The position numbers and the translations under genes were made by a program. Below the pieces are notes generated by a model. The model was not told the DNA's origin. It did not search any database and saw nothing but the letters and a program-made list of their open reading frames with translations. This document shows, piece after piece, positions 26,046-39,022 of a DNA stretch of 64,000 nt. The DNA comes from Gracilinanus agilis (Eukaryota). How positions within the stretch are numbered: the stretch's first letter is position 1; every line of letters begins with the position of its first letter. The DNA lies in contig NC_058134.1 in NCBI RefSeq assembly GCF_016433145.1, forward strand, positions 55,923,306-55,987,305, read 5' to 3'.

Positions 26046-27509
26046 AACTATCATAAAGCCACAGTTAGTATTACACAAGATTTAGTAGCTTCCAAATTAA
26101 AGGAGCAGAGGGCTTAGATTATGATATTTTGGAAGTCAAAAGAACTAGCATTACAACCAAGAATCACCTACTCAGCAAAGCTAATCCTTCATGGGAAAAT
26201 GGATATTAATGAAATAGAGGACTTTCAAGTATTCCTGATAATAGAGGTAATAGAAAATAGATAACAGCTAAATAAAAAATTTGACATTCAAAAATACAAC
26301 TCAAGAAACAAAAAGGTAAGCATGAAAGAGTAATCATAAAGGACTCAGAAAAAAATTTTTTACATTCCTATATGGGAAGATGATACATGTAACCCCTAAG
26401 ATTAACATTATTAGGGCAATTAAAAGGAGTTCATATAGACAGAGGTGATGTTTGTAAGTAAATTATGTCAAAATGATTTCCCAAAAAAAATGAAGGGTTA
26501 AGAAAGAAGGATGTGCTAGGAGAAGGGAAAGAGAATGGTAGAATGGGGGAAATTTTCCCACATAAAAGAGGTGTACATGGAAGAGCTTTTACAATGGAGG
26601 GTGGGCAATGCTTGAACCTCACTCTCATTGGAAGTGGTTCAGAGAGGGAAGACTAAATTGATAGTGAATCTGAAGATATGTGGACTCAGTTGGATTACTA
26701 TCATGCTACAAGAAATGATGAGGGGAGTGGTTTTAGGGGGAAAACATGGCAAGGACTATATAAACTGATGCAAAGTAATGTGAGAAGAACTTGTGTATAG
26801 TAATAGCAGTATTGTAATAATGATCAGCTGTGAAAAAAAGACTTAATACTCTGATCAGTACGATGATCCAAGACAATTCCAAAGGACTCATGATGAAGAA
26901 ATGGTATTCACCACCTAAGAGAGAACCAATGAACTCTGAGTGCAATGAAGTATAACTTTCTCACTTTATTTTTTTGCTGCTTTTGAAAAGAGAACTAGTA
27001 TAGAAATTTGTTTTGCATGATTTCACATGCATAACTGATATCATATTGTTTGGCTTCTCAATGGGTATGTGACAGAGTGGGAGGAAAAAGAGAATTTGGA
27101 ACTCAAAATTTAAAAAGAAAGAATGTTAAAAATAAATGTATTTTTAAATTAAAAAAAGAAGCCTGACTGTGAAGGAATAAGAAATATCATTTTAATTTAA
27201 AATTAATTTTTTTAAAGCCTGGGCCTCTATTTGATTCAGTTAGAGGGTGGTGCAAGGGCTACTTATAGGTCCCATGCTCCTACTCATCAACAAGTGAGAT
27301 TTGATCTGTTCCATTTTTTGATCTGGGCCAATTCACCTCTGCTTAAAGAAAGTGATGGCCTGTAGTCCCAGTACCTCATCATTTTAATGCTAAACTTAGT
27401 GTGGGCATCTGACCAGTTTAGTCCACTTCAGCTTTCAGGCCTAAAAAATCTACTAGTCTTGGATTAAAAGTATATGCAACCATGACCAGATTGGGATCTC
27501 AATTTAAAA

Positions 27510-28720
27510 AAGAATAGAAGAAATCCAAGATCTCAGAGTTGGAAGAGATTATCAGTCCAACCTGTACTGGACTGAATATACATTACAATATATTTTAAAA
27601 AGTGTCATTTAGTTTTTGCTTGAAGAACTCCAATATGATGAGGAGAGTTGGGGAGCTCACTACTTCTGGAATCAGCCTTTTCCATTTGGGTATAGCCCTG
27701 TTTGGAAGTTTGTCATTGTATCAGATTTGCCTCAAGTAGAACAAGTTTAATCCAGTTTCTACATGAAATTTTTTTACACACTTGGTGTGCTTTGCCTTCG
27801 CTATCTTGTATCTTTGAAGTTGACTTTTTGATCCCGACTCTAGGATTTTACATTTATCTCTACTGAATTTCACCTAATTACAGTTGACCCAATGTCCCAG
27901 CCCATCAAGGTCTCTATAGATACTGATTTTGATGTCCAGTATTTTAATTATCTCTCTCAGTTTTGTGCCATCTGAAAATCTGATGAACACGCAATCTATG
28001 ACTTTATTTAAGAAACAGATTAGTCAAACAAAGTAGGCTCTTAAAAAAAAAAAAAAAACTCTTATGTCTTCGAAGCTAACTAAGTATCTGTTCCAAGGCA
28101 GAACAGTAAGGGCTAGACAGTGAAAGTTTAAGTGGCTTCTCACAGCTGTCTGAGAACAGATTTGATCTCAAGACCTCCCATCTCCAGGCCTGACTCTCTA
28201 TGCACTGAGCCACCTAAGCTGCCCTAAAGTAGTCTCTTAATTAATACTTGTTGATAAATTTATTTGAGTGCCTTCAAACCAACTGGACTTGATTAAATTC
28301 AATTACAAAATGTCTGTTATGTATAAGCACACTGCTAAAATTTCTAAATAGGACAGAGCCAACAGAGATTCTTGGGGCATATTTTGCTAAATACCACCTT
28401 CAAAAATGACATTGACTCATTAATGAATACTCACTGGGGTTCAATCATTCAACCATTCTGAATTTATCTAAATGCATTATCATTTAGCCCATGTCACTCT
28501 GCCTACTATCTATAGGAGAACATGGACAACTTCATTAAATGCTTTGGTAAAGTCTAAGTAAATTATACATACAGTCCTAATCTCACATAATAGCCCAATA
28601 ACTACTACTACTAATAATAATAATAATAAAAATGTCCTGGCATATCCTGTTCTTGGTGAAGCCATGCTGGCTCTTGGGGATCATCACCTCTCCTTCAAGA
28701 TGGTCACTAGCTACTATTCC
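27510..28720 (-). mobile_element. L3/CR1 LINE relic (3' end and RT region), interrupted by a SINE
   Basis: CR1-type 3' end (tctcagagttggaagag...agtccaacc) and RT-region motifs (aaatgctttggtaaagtctaag; gtgaagccatgctggctc). Confidence 0.7.
28045..28225 (-). mobile_element. SINE-1_MD-like SINE
   Basis: Ends in gccacctaagctgccc. 15-bp TSD aaagtag(g/t)ctcttaa at 28030-28044 / 28226-28240. Confidence 0.85.
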
Positions 28721-29489
28721 TGAAAATAAGAATTAACTTTAGTTAGACAACTACTCTTGACAGCCAGTGCTCATTGGAATCCATTTCTTCATGGATTAAA
28801 AACAAAGCAGAATAGCCTTTTGCAGCATAAGTAGTTTTTAGGAAGCTATTTTTTTTATAAAAGATTACCTGTGTGCAAGATATGCCTAAAGAGACTAAAG
28901 CTAAGAACAACACTTGCAAAGTCATTTGGTCATTTAGAATTAGGAGAAATCCAATCAGACAAAATGGATTTTCCTGGTTAATTTTTTTCTTTCTTTTTTG
29001 TTTTGTTTTTGAATCTACAACACCCAGGACAGGGCCTGGAATGTAGTAGACTATTAATATATACTTGTTGATAAATTGATTGGCCTCCATCCAATCTGAC
29101 TCAATTCAATTCAAGGAATACCTACTGCTATGTGTCTGCTATGTATTTATAAGGCTGGGAATTCAATAATTTAAAAAATATGGAATAGTTCCTGCCTTGA
29201 GGATCTAATATTCTACCGAAATTCACCTTACACTGTCCTCAAGGAATTTCCATTCCAAGATGCCAAGTGGTCAGTTTAATTATATTTTTCTCTTTTCAAT
29301 GAGTTCTTATGCAATAACTGAAGACAAAGTCTTAAAGTTCCACTGATAAAATTGCAAGTAAGATTAGGGGTATAGGTTGGAAGAAATAATCATGCCGTAC
29401 ATATAGTTTTTATAGGAACATGCATCTTGTACCAAATTGATTAGAAGAAGCTACAATGGGAAATATGTGACAATCCCTTAAATGCAGAA

Positions 29490-29915
29490 GTATTCAAGTA
29501 AACATTTAACCCCCATCTCTCTGAAAAGGCATTGGAATACTTTAAAGTTAAGTCTTCATTTTTAATATTTTATCCATTTCTTTCCATCTAGAAATAAACA
29601 AAACTATAAATTGTAGCCTTTGTTGATTTCTGAAGTATAAATGTTCACCCTAAAATTTTAATAACTGGCTCTTTAAAAAAAAACACCAATAACCTTTGTT
29701 TTCCATATTGATTCCAAGGACTACCAGTGGTAACAGGCAATGGAGGTTAAGTGACTTGCCTAGGGTCACACAGCTAGAAGTGTCTTAGGTCAGATTTGAA
29801 CACAAGTTCTCCCATCTCCAAACCTGACTTTCTATCTACAGAACTGCCTAACAGCTCCAACAATTGGCTCTTGAATGAGACTCAATGAATGAGCTGGCTC
29901 CATCATGTTTGACTA
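29490..29915 (-). mobile_element. MER63-like hAT (Blackjack-type) relic with a nested minus-strand SINE (~29675-29857)
   Basis: tttgttgatttctgaagtataaatgttcaccctaaaattttaataactggctc ... aacaattggctc...gagctggctcca matches MER63-type termini as I recall them. The repeated 'ggctctt' flanks the SINE. Confidence 0.55.
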
Positions 29916-30806
29916 AATGATACATCTCTATTCTGCTTTACAGAGTCCTGTGGAATCCTTTTTTATTTAAAGGTTTAGATTTCTTTAAAGAGAATACACA
30001 TTTATTAATCCCATACTCTCCAGTATTTATTTAAAAGAAATAAAGTCAATACAGTTCTGTGACTGTACTCGATATATTAGATAATAGATGTCTATAGCTG
30101 GTAGACTGCAAGGCTTAGGGAATCTGAGGTTGTGTCTCTTCTTGGCTATTCACCTGCATAGGGATGAATGCATTCCCATATAACTCTTTAAGTCTAAAAA
30201 CTGGAACAGTTTAGTGTAGTGAGAAGAAAATGCAAGCATCAGGAGATCTGCCCTCTAGCCCCTACCTATGCAACCTTGGTAAATTCATCTAATCTCTCTC
30301 AGTCTCAGTTCCTTTATTTGAAAATTGGTTTTAACAGAATGATTGTTAAAGTGAAATAAAAGATTATATGTGAGAGAACTTTGGAGGGGTGGAAGGGTAC
30401 GGGAGGAGGGTGAGAAATCACGAGAGAGATGAGTGGCTTCATTTCATCTGTCTGGCTTACCTGTATCATGAAGGCAACCCCTTAAAATCACAGGGTCTTA
30501 GGAACCTTAGTCATTATCGACATCATGCTCTTGTTTTATAGATGGGGAAACTGGAGCTGGACCAAGGTCTCAGAGCAAGTAAATACCACTTCTGGGAGTA
30601 GTACCCAGATCTCTCTACTCCCAGTCTGAAAAATGTTCAAGCAATCTGAGGTGATTTAATATAATTTGTCCAAAAGATGCCATTGAGAAACTCAGGCTAG
30701 ACAAATCCTACTGTGGTAGCTTGGACCATACAACCCAAGAATTTCTATTTAGAATCTCATCAGGAGCCCAGAATGATGAGAGCATCCTTCTCTTAAAGGG
30801 AAGCTT

Positions 30807-31042
30807 GGGGGTAACTAGGTGGCTCAGTGGATTGAAAGCCAAGTCTAGATACAGGAGGTCCTAGGTTCAAATTTGATCTCAGATACTTTCTGGCTGTGTG
30901 ACCTTGTGCAAGTCCCTTAACTTCCATTGCCTAGCCCTTTCTGCTCTTCTTCCTTGAACAGATACTTAGTAGAGCTTCCAAGACATAAGAGTTGTGTGCA
31001 GTATTGATTCTAAGGAGGAAGGTAAGGGTTTTTAAAAAAAAA
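30807..31042 (+). mobile_element. SINE-1_MD-like SINE
   Basis: ggggtaactaggtggctcagtggattga...ggttcaaatttg...gaaggtaagggtttttaaaa. Confidence 0.88.
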
Positions 31043-33059
31043 GGAACCATGTACATCTCTTGCATCTGGTATCAACAAACTTTTGCCCACCAAAGTTTCG
31101 CAGAAATCAAGGAACAAGGCAAAGTCAGCTCCCACTCATGCTATTGTTTTTCATGTATTATATACTTTTCTGTGCTCTGAAGGGATTTGCCTTCTGAGGA
31201 GACAGGTTCTAGAAAGTCTGGAAGGTATTTGTTTGTTCCAGTACTAAAGTGAGTGGCAGCACTTCTAGGAAGATTCATGGCAGCCCCTGGTCAATCCCTA
31301 GGTTGTTATAAGCAGGGTTAGTATTTGACTTGAAAACCCAAACACCAGGACCTGAAGAGAGCTCACAGTATTCCTGTTTTAGCCTATTGTAATGCCACGT
31401 CTACAGCTTCTAAGAACACAGGCAGCGACGCTGATCTAAGATTTATTATTGTAAGCAGGACAAGTGACTTTATATCTCTTGAAAAAAAAATTTGAGGATT
31501 TTCTTCATGAGCCACTCTTATCTAAGTCTAGGAAGAAATTTAACTGGGTGTACATTGACACTGAATTGACATGGCACCTTAATATTTTAAAGTACCAGTA
31601 GATGCCCGTCCCTAGGGTCTCCAGATTATCTTTAAAGGGACAACATTCAGTTATCAGAAACATTATTCCAGGCATGTGAAAACATTCAGAATGAACTGCC
31701 TAATAACCAACACACCGCAGGGAAATCATAAATAGACGGGATGAGCCAGAGGAGCAGGTTTTAAGGACAAGAACAGTCTGATTATCAGTGAAGAAAGGTT
31801 TGTGTTAGTTACTTGCAACCATGTTGTTTTGATCAGGGAGCACCAATGAGATTTTTCTCACAGGTTTTTTTCTTCTTCTTTAAAACACTGAAAACTATAC
31901 TATAAATGGTGTCACAAAACTTTGCTATAGACTAGAATGAGTCTGTTTCCGGGGTAGATACAATGTCCCGCCGGGCATATTGTGAAGTGGGGAGTAGGCA
32001 AGAGAGTTGAAAGGAATAAAAAAAAGTCTGACCCATGGAAAGGAACACATTGAGCCAATTTGTGCCCTATAAAACATCACATTTAAGTCCCAGCAGGAAG
32101 GCATCCCTGTGCTGGTTGCACTACCATTTGTTGAAAGATACATATGGTCACATAGCTGGATGGTAGGCCATCATGCAAATGCGTCCTCATTAAAGAAATC
32201 AGGACATAATGCCATTTTTGTTCTCAATTTATTCTCCAGATGTTTCCCCCTTCCCCAAACTGGGGGAACCCATTCCTTAAACTATAATGAGCCTGTTTCT
32301 GGGTGGATACAATGTCTATCCCTTCCACTTCTCTTTTCCTTCTCTTCCCCATTCTTGCTCCCTCTCCCTCTTTCTGGTGGCATGATGTCAAGTGGTCAAA
32401 GTCCTATTTACCTAAAGGATGGGCACCATGCATTAAGCTGGATGGGAGGAAGAGCTATCCTTCTCTCTTTATAGCACTGGGAAATTCATATTTTCCTCTG
32501 TTTCATTTGTCCTTTTCAGTTCCAATTGTTGGGAGAGCAGAGACGGAGTCCCCAGACCAGGAAGCTCTAGCCATGTTGATCTTGGAGCCTGAATTCTAAG
32601 CCCACCATTGTTACCAGTCCAGCAAAGAAGCTTTGAGAAGCTAGTTTACCAGATGGCAAACCAGCAAGGCTTTTAGACTTGGAACTTGGTGAGACCAATG
32701 TTTGAAAGAAACCGAGTTGTCATGAACTGAATTCTCCTCTCCTCCTCAGAGACTAAAGTTGTAATCTTTGAATGTTGGTTTTTGTTATTCTTTTGAAGAA
32801 GATATGATTTTGTAAAAACTGATCTTACTCTTACGTAGGTAAGTGGAACTGGAATGCTTAGCCCCTCCCTAAATTTGGGAGACCACAAATGAGGGAATAA
32901 GTCAGCCAATAACAAATACTAGACAACCTTTAGGTCCCCTTATGAGAAGGGAGAATTCTGAGGTGGGGGTGATGTGTAACACACCTGGCTCTCAGGCAAG
33001 TGGGGGACCAAGGTATTATTACCCTATAATACTCTGAGAATCTTCACCGGCTATCCTCC

Positions 33060-33370
33060 GGAGCCTGGAATGTCCTCAGTCCTTATCTCAACTTCCTGGC
33101 TTCCCTGGCTTCCTTCAAATCTCAGCTAAAATTCGACCTTCTTATGGAAGACTTTTCTAATCCCCCCCATACCTCTGAAGCTCACGCCTTCCCTTTGCTG
33201 ATTATCTCCAATTTAACTTGTACATATCTTATTTGTATATAATTCTTGTCATATTGTCTCTCCTAGAAGACTGTGAGCCCCGTGACTTTTGCCTTTTCTT
33301 TTTATTCCCAGAACTTGTCACAATGCCACGCATATAGCAAGCACTTAATAAACATTTATTGACTGATTGA
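33060..33370 (+). mobile_element. L2 LINE 3' end
   Basis: cctggaatg...ccttcaaatctcagctaaaa...gactgtgagccc...gcacttaataaacatttattgactga. Confidence 0.8.
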
Positions 33371-35043
33371 CCCCCTGAGGCCATTACATTTTTTGAAAGC
33401 TCTATTTGCCAGAGTTCATTTGTCTTTCCACTAGGCTTAAAGGGGCCCTGTTGTAACCTCTACATCTTTGCTCCTAATTTGGTCCTCTTGGCCAAGCACT
33501 GGAATGTAAACTCGTTGAGGGCAGGGGTTATTTTTTCTCTGCTACTCTAAGTTTAGTACAATGCTTTGCACATAGTCAGCACTTACTAAATGCTTGTTGA
33601 CTGACTGGCAATTGTCTTCCCTCTTCCATGTGACAGTCTTTTGATTGCTTAAGTGATTTCATCCCCCAGCTAACAAGGCATATTTTTGGAATGTTCCAAG
33701 CAACAAGAATTACTTTAAAACCATACCACACCATTAGCATCAAATGAGCACTCATTGCATCCTGCAAGAACAGAGGGAAGGGAAAGGACCCATAAGGAGA
33801 CATGAAGGAGATGTGGAGGACCTTACATTCTATAGAGGAACACTGACCGAATAGACCCAGGTAGAGACATATAAATACACACAAAGAGAAACATAAAAAT
33901 ACCACCAATCCCAGCTGTGCAAAGATGGCACTGCTAGTTGTCATTCTAATGGGCTGTCAATTTAACTGTTCCTATTAGGGACTTTCACGTCACAAAGGTA
34001 TATTTTAAAAAATCAACTGCTCTCTTTAGGAAGAGTAACAAAAACCACAATTTTGTTCTTTGTCAAGCTCACATTAGTAGGTTTACCTGTCGACTCCTAA
34101 GACAAGAGCATCCATCGCCAAATTAACAGACTGCGAGAGCATAATTAATTAATTTGTTAACTCTTGATAAATATATATAGAAGTGTGACATTTAATGGAG
34201 GGAGATGAATGTTGATGGGTGGTTTAATGAAACAATAATCATTTTTGTAAAGATAAAGTTAAAATCAAAGCAAATACACCTCCTTTGGAATGACAATTTA
34301 GAAACTTGGGGGTGGCAGTGAACAGTTAAAGGATTAATTAAACCAGGAAAAATAACTCCGTGGATTTGACAACAGAAGTTCAGTGTTCAAATTCTGGCTC
34401 AGCTTTATAAACCATAAGACCTTTAGTGAGTAATTCCATATCTTTGGTCTCAGTAATCCTCTAGAGTCAAAATGTAATTTTTTCATCTGAGGCAAAAACC
34501 ATCGAGTGGGAAGGGAATGAGATAACAATGCTGAGAATAGCCTAAAGACAAGCACAATCATGGTGAGATGGATGGACTTGTGTTCACTATTCTGGGAGCT
34601 CAGGGAGAAGGTGAAAAATACTTTAGCAATAGGACACTGGAGAACTGGAGCTGAGTCATGGCATGGGTGGGCAAAGGACCATATGGTAGGTACCACAAAT
34701 GGTGGCCGCATGTTGGGAAGTGTGCCCTCTTGGCTACTGGCTCCCGGGACTAAGCCCTATTGGATCAATGGGACAAAGCCCTATTGTTATGCCTCTGGTT
34801 AGTATATCTATAAAATAAGGGACTTGGAAAAAATTATCTCTATAGTTCATTCCAGTGTTCAGTGCCTGGCATCCAGTAGGTTCTTAAGAAATGCTCTTCC
34901 AGCCAAATTCTATGAGCTTATGAAGATGGACTCTTCTTCTTTGTTGAGGAGGGACAAATAAATTTTATGTAGGAAAAATGGGATAAATTTGTATAGGCAC
35001 TGTTAATTAAGAAAGGAAACTAATATTGCATGGAGTCTCTTAC

Positions 35044-35096
35044 CCATCATTGTTGATGTCTGATACAGAAAGAGCATATCCAAAATAAGATGCCAT
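35044..35096 (-). CDS. ITGA8: ITGA8 exon 11 (53 nt): MASYFGYALSVSDINND(G)
   Basis: Acceptor CAG 35097-35099 and donor GTAAG 35039-35043. Starts a DxNxDG Ca2+-binding loop. Confidence 0.96.
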
Positions 35097-35677
35097 CTGT
35101 AAAGGAAAAGCAGAAGCTATTATATACTTTGTGTCCCCAAACTATTTTTATATAATCACTTCTTATTCATCATCAAAAAATATATATCCAATGCAGGTTA
35201 AGCACAGACAATCTTATTTTTGCATGATTATTTACTCTAGCCACAACCCTATTGCTTATTCTTACTTTCTGATGCAACCAATAGCACAAGAGCCATTTCT
35301 AATTTTAAAAACTCAATTCTCTCTCTCCACTAAGGGAAAAGATGAGAGAGGGAACAGCAGCAATCAGGAAATTCAATTTAGGCTGCTGACCATGTTAAGG
35401 GTCAAGTGGTCAATATCCAGCATGGGATGAAGAACAAAGAGGAGTTGATGTTAGACACATCTGTTTTCAAATGCTAGTGAAAAAAATTTCAAAGCCAGAA
35501 AGAAAATACTTTCGGATTTGGGAGCTTTAGATCCTCTTTACTAAAGGGATATTAAAGGTATAAATATTTTTGTAAGCTATTGTTTCAACTACTAAAATAT
35601 AAACTCAAAATATAAAAGACTAGAAAAGACTCAGAGACATTTTTGGTACAAATCCTCATTTAATATTGGGTTTCTCA

Positions 35678-35877
35678 GGGGCAGCTAGGTGACTGAGCAG
35701 ACAGAGAGCCAGGCCTAGAAATGAGAGGTCCTGGGTTCAAATCTGGCCGCAGATACTTCTTAGCTGTATGATCCTGGACAAGTCACTTAACTTCCATTGC
35801 CTAGCCCTTATTGCTCTTTTGTCTTGGAACCATTCACAGTATTGAATCCAAGATGGGAGGTAAGTGTTTAAAAAACC
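35678..35877 (+). mobile_element. SINE-1_MD-like SINE
   Basis: Perfect 13-bp TSD attgggtttctca (35665-35677 / 35878-35890); B box ggttcaaatct. Confidence 0.92.
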
Positions 35878-36032
35878 ATTGGGTTTCTCATCTAATGAAA
35901 GTAATCATGCTATATAATAATAAATAAAAGTAATACTAAATAATAATCATAGCAAATGTCAAATAGTAAGATTGACATATTATTCTGTAGTTTGTACACA
36001 ATAAGTGTTAAAATGTTGAAAGTAGAAATTAC

Positions 36033-36089
36033 CTGTTCCCCAGTGAAATTCTGAATAAAAGTCATATCTGTCGAATTAATAATTGATAC
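36033..36089 (-). CDS. ITGA8: ITGA8 exon 10 (57 nt): VSIINSTDMTFIQNFTGEQ
   Basis: Acceptor TAG 36090-36092 and donor GTAATT 36027-36032. Has two N-glycosylation sequons (NST, NFT). Confidence 0.96.
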
Positions 36090-37164
36090 CTAAAATCATA
36101 GAAATTAAAATTATATTACTGAGAGGCAAGAGAACAATGATTTTCAGGGCTAGCTCTTTCTTCCTTCATTCCATCATTTCTGTGTGTCATTTTGATTCAA
36201 TGACATAAAATGAGAATCCAAATGGACAAAGTAAATTCAGAGGCCACAATTATATTCTAAAAATCAATGAAGACTTTTCATCCTTACAAAAATGATTCTT
36301 CCTACACAAAAGTTTTGTCCACTTTTCTGCAATGGAAAAAACTATCCCGTATTTTTTATCTGTACACATGCTTTTTCTCTTTTAGTGGGAAGTACCATAC
36401 ATAAGGGTTATAAATTATTTAATTTTTGTTTTGGTATCTCCAATGTTTTTGGATTGAAGGGGTCTAGTGAACTATTCCTCTGATTTTCAATTAAAGCATT
36501 TATTAAGTATCTACTGTGTACATACTGTGTACATAGTACTCAGCTAAGAAACAGGCAAAATGTAATATTAAAATTATAAATGGTCCCTGCCTCGAGCATG
36601 AAGTGATCCATTGGACAGAGTACTGGACAAAGGACCAGGTGACTTGAGTTCAAATCCAACTTGTCACTATGTGACCTTGGGCAAGTCATCTAACTTATGT
36701 GTGCCTCAAGTACTGCATTTGTACAATGAAGCTAATAACAGTATCTACTTTCCAGGGTTGTTGTGAAGATCAAATGAGATATCGTATGGAAAGCCTTTTG
36801 CAAACCTCAAAGTTTAAATTAAATTAATTTGTTTATTTAATTTAAGTTTAATCATTTACTTAAATACTATTTAATTATTATTATTACAATCCTTTTCTTT
36901 CATTTACACTGGTACAGGAACTTTCTTCATGAGAAACTTTCTATACTAATGCAATCATAGGTCCAGACCAAAAATCAATTTATACATATGTAGGTATCCT
37001 TATATAATATGTATGGCATATACATATAAATTTATGAATATTCAAAGAGAAAGAAAGACATAAACAGAGTCAGAGGCAGAGAGTGAGTTAGAAAGAGATA
37101 AAAAAAATCTTGCATGTGGAGTCTCTTTGATGAACCTCTCAAGAGATACAGTCATAAAACTTAC

Positions 37165-37208
37165 ATATCCAAAATTCTGTGCACCTCGTGGAACACCAGC
37201 CAGGATTT
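37165..37208 (-). CDS. ITGA8: ITGA8 exon 9 (44 nt): (E)ILAGVPRGAQNFGY
   Basis: Acceptor CAG 37209-37211 and donor GTAAGT 37159-37164. FG-GAP 'AGVPRG' motif. Confidence 0.95.
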
Positions 37209-38824
37209 CTGAAAGGAAAAACAGGTGATTAGAAAGCAGACATACTTATTGACAATCACCAGGTATACAACAGTCAAAACAGAGGAGAGTTTGGGCAAAA
37301 ATCAAGCATCGTCTTGGAGTTAGAACTTCAAGTTTAAAGTTGACCTTTTAGCCTGATTTTTATCATTGCTTTTTCACCCTAACCCTTGTCCCAATTGTGT
37401 TTCTTTCAAGTTGCAAAAGACAGAAGGGAGATGCTGCAATCACAGCCTGTGTAAAAACCCAAAAGAGGGCCCCTATTTGTTCCCTCTGTGGGTGTGAGTG
37501 ACTCTTAGAACTAGCTGCCAATGCAGTATAGATCAATTAAGTCTCTCTGGTTCAGATTACCATCCATCCCAGTTTGCTCTGCAAGGCTAAGATGTGTTGT
37601 CTCAAACGGGAAAAATAAGCTGCTTTGTCTGACCTTCCATCAGTAGCTTTAAGAAAAAGAAGCAGCATCTTACCACTTCCAAAAACAGTGAGAGGCAGAT
37701 CTCCAAAGAACCAATTGTTTTTCTTGGGGTATAAAAAAATCCACCGTCTCCTCTATTTGGGACCCTTTCCTTTAGTGGGCTTCCCAGAGCTAGGCGTCTC
37801 TAAATAAACTTTCTAACCAGTGGCTTTAGGTGTATTCTTTGGGCTATCTCTTCTGAACCTGACCCCACTCCTATTGCTTTCCCCACAGGGGCTCTAAAGA
37901 AGAAAGAGTAACTCCTGCTACTTCTTGACTTCAAAAGAAGTTCTCCTAGCTCATAAACTGCTTGAGGAGTTGACGTCCTTATCTTCAAGTGACTTAAGCC
38001 TACTTGGACCAATGTGAAAGAATGGATGGCTCTGGTGTGCTTCTATCACGGGTACGACAACTATGATGCTTTATGAGACTGAGGTGTGTAGGCTGGAGGA
38101 CTCCCCTTTGAAATACATTTTCTCCTCAGAAATGGCTGCAGAACATTGGGTGGAGCAACCATCATCCACCTCAGAAACTAGGATGGCAATGGAAATCTGT
38201 AGAAATCGGGGAATAAGTGTAAGAAAGTACAGCAAAAATAATGATACCGACTCAAGTCTGACATACGAGTAAGGAAGGGTCTTTTCATTAAAAAACATGG
38301 TAAGATTGTTAGTGTCTTAAGGAGGGAGGTTGTAGAGGGGAAGAATGAAAGAATTTGGTCAATTTTTAAAAAATGAATAGTAAAAAACATTTTACATGTC
38401 ATTGTGGAAAAATAAAATATTAGTCTAAAATTACCTATTAAGTTTATTTCTTTTATTTAATCCATTCCTTTCCATTTCTGAATCAATAATAGTAAGGATT
38501 AGGTAATGGGGTTGTTATTTGCCCAGGGTCACACACCTAGGAAGAGACTAAGGTCAGATTTGTATTTATTTCTAAGGGCAATCACTTCTCCCTTTGCTTT
38601 TTTGCCCACTCTCCCCTCTCAAATTCAAATGTAATCCTAATCTTATCCAGAAGAATTTGGACATGATGAGATTTATTTTGACAGACTTGGACTAGCCATA
38701 TTAGAATTAAGAACAAAGGGTTTGGGAGTAGGTATTGGAATTTTCAATAGATCATTATTAAATACATCTACTTGGTGGAAAAAAAAAACTTTTGGTAAAA
38801 TTAAGCCATGTGGATGTATTAGTT

Positions 38825-39022
38825 CAGTAATGGCAAATCTTTTAGAGGGGTGGATGATCTGAGAAATCTGGTGAGGGGGAGGGAAGCAGCCCAACCCCAT
38901 GTCCCTCTGGCTTTTTAGTTACACACTCTAGGGAACTTTGTGCTGGGGTGATGGTACACATACCCACAGAGAATGCTCTGAGTGCTCCCTCTGGCATGTG
39001 TGCCATAGGTTCACCATCACAG
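38825..39022. mobile_element. hAT MITE (198 bp) with CAGTGATGGCGAACCT-type TIRs
   Basis: Left end CAGTAATGGCAAATCT; right end reverse complement CTGTGATGGTGAACCT. 8-bp flanks tattagtt / cattagtg match at 6 of 8 positions. Confidence 0.8.

Larger units (their letters stand above)
25059..27154 (+). mobile_element. 5'-intact L1 derivative lacking almost all of ORF2 (HAL1-like or internally deleted/spliced L1), with two nested SINEs
   Basis: Perfect 16-bp TSD aaagaagcctgactgt (25043-25058 / 27155-27170). L1-type start gggaggcagagtcaagatggc; decayed ORF1 motifs (LENRS..NLRI, KTP.NI..KF, ITQDL, LQPRITY.AKL); inter-ORF-like spacer; ORF2 C-terminal tip ~26680-26800; 3' UTR and A tail. Confidence 0.85.

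Noticed and set aside
32109-32599. Overlapping 121-aa and 98-aa plus-strand ORFs as an antisense gene
   Set aside because: No recognisable domain, low-complexity Leu/Ser/Phe composition, a non-ATG start for the longer one and no splice support.
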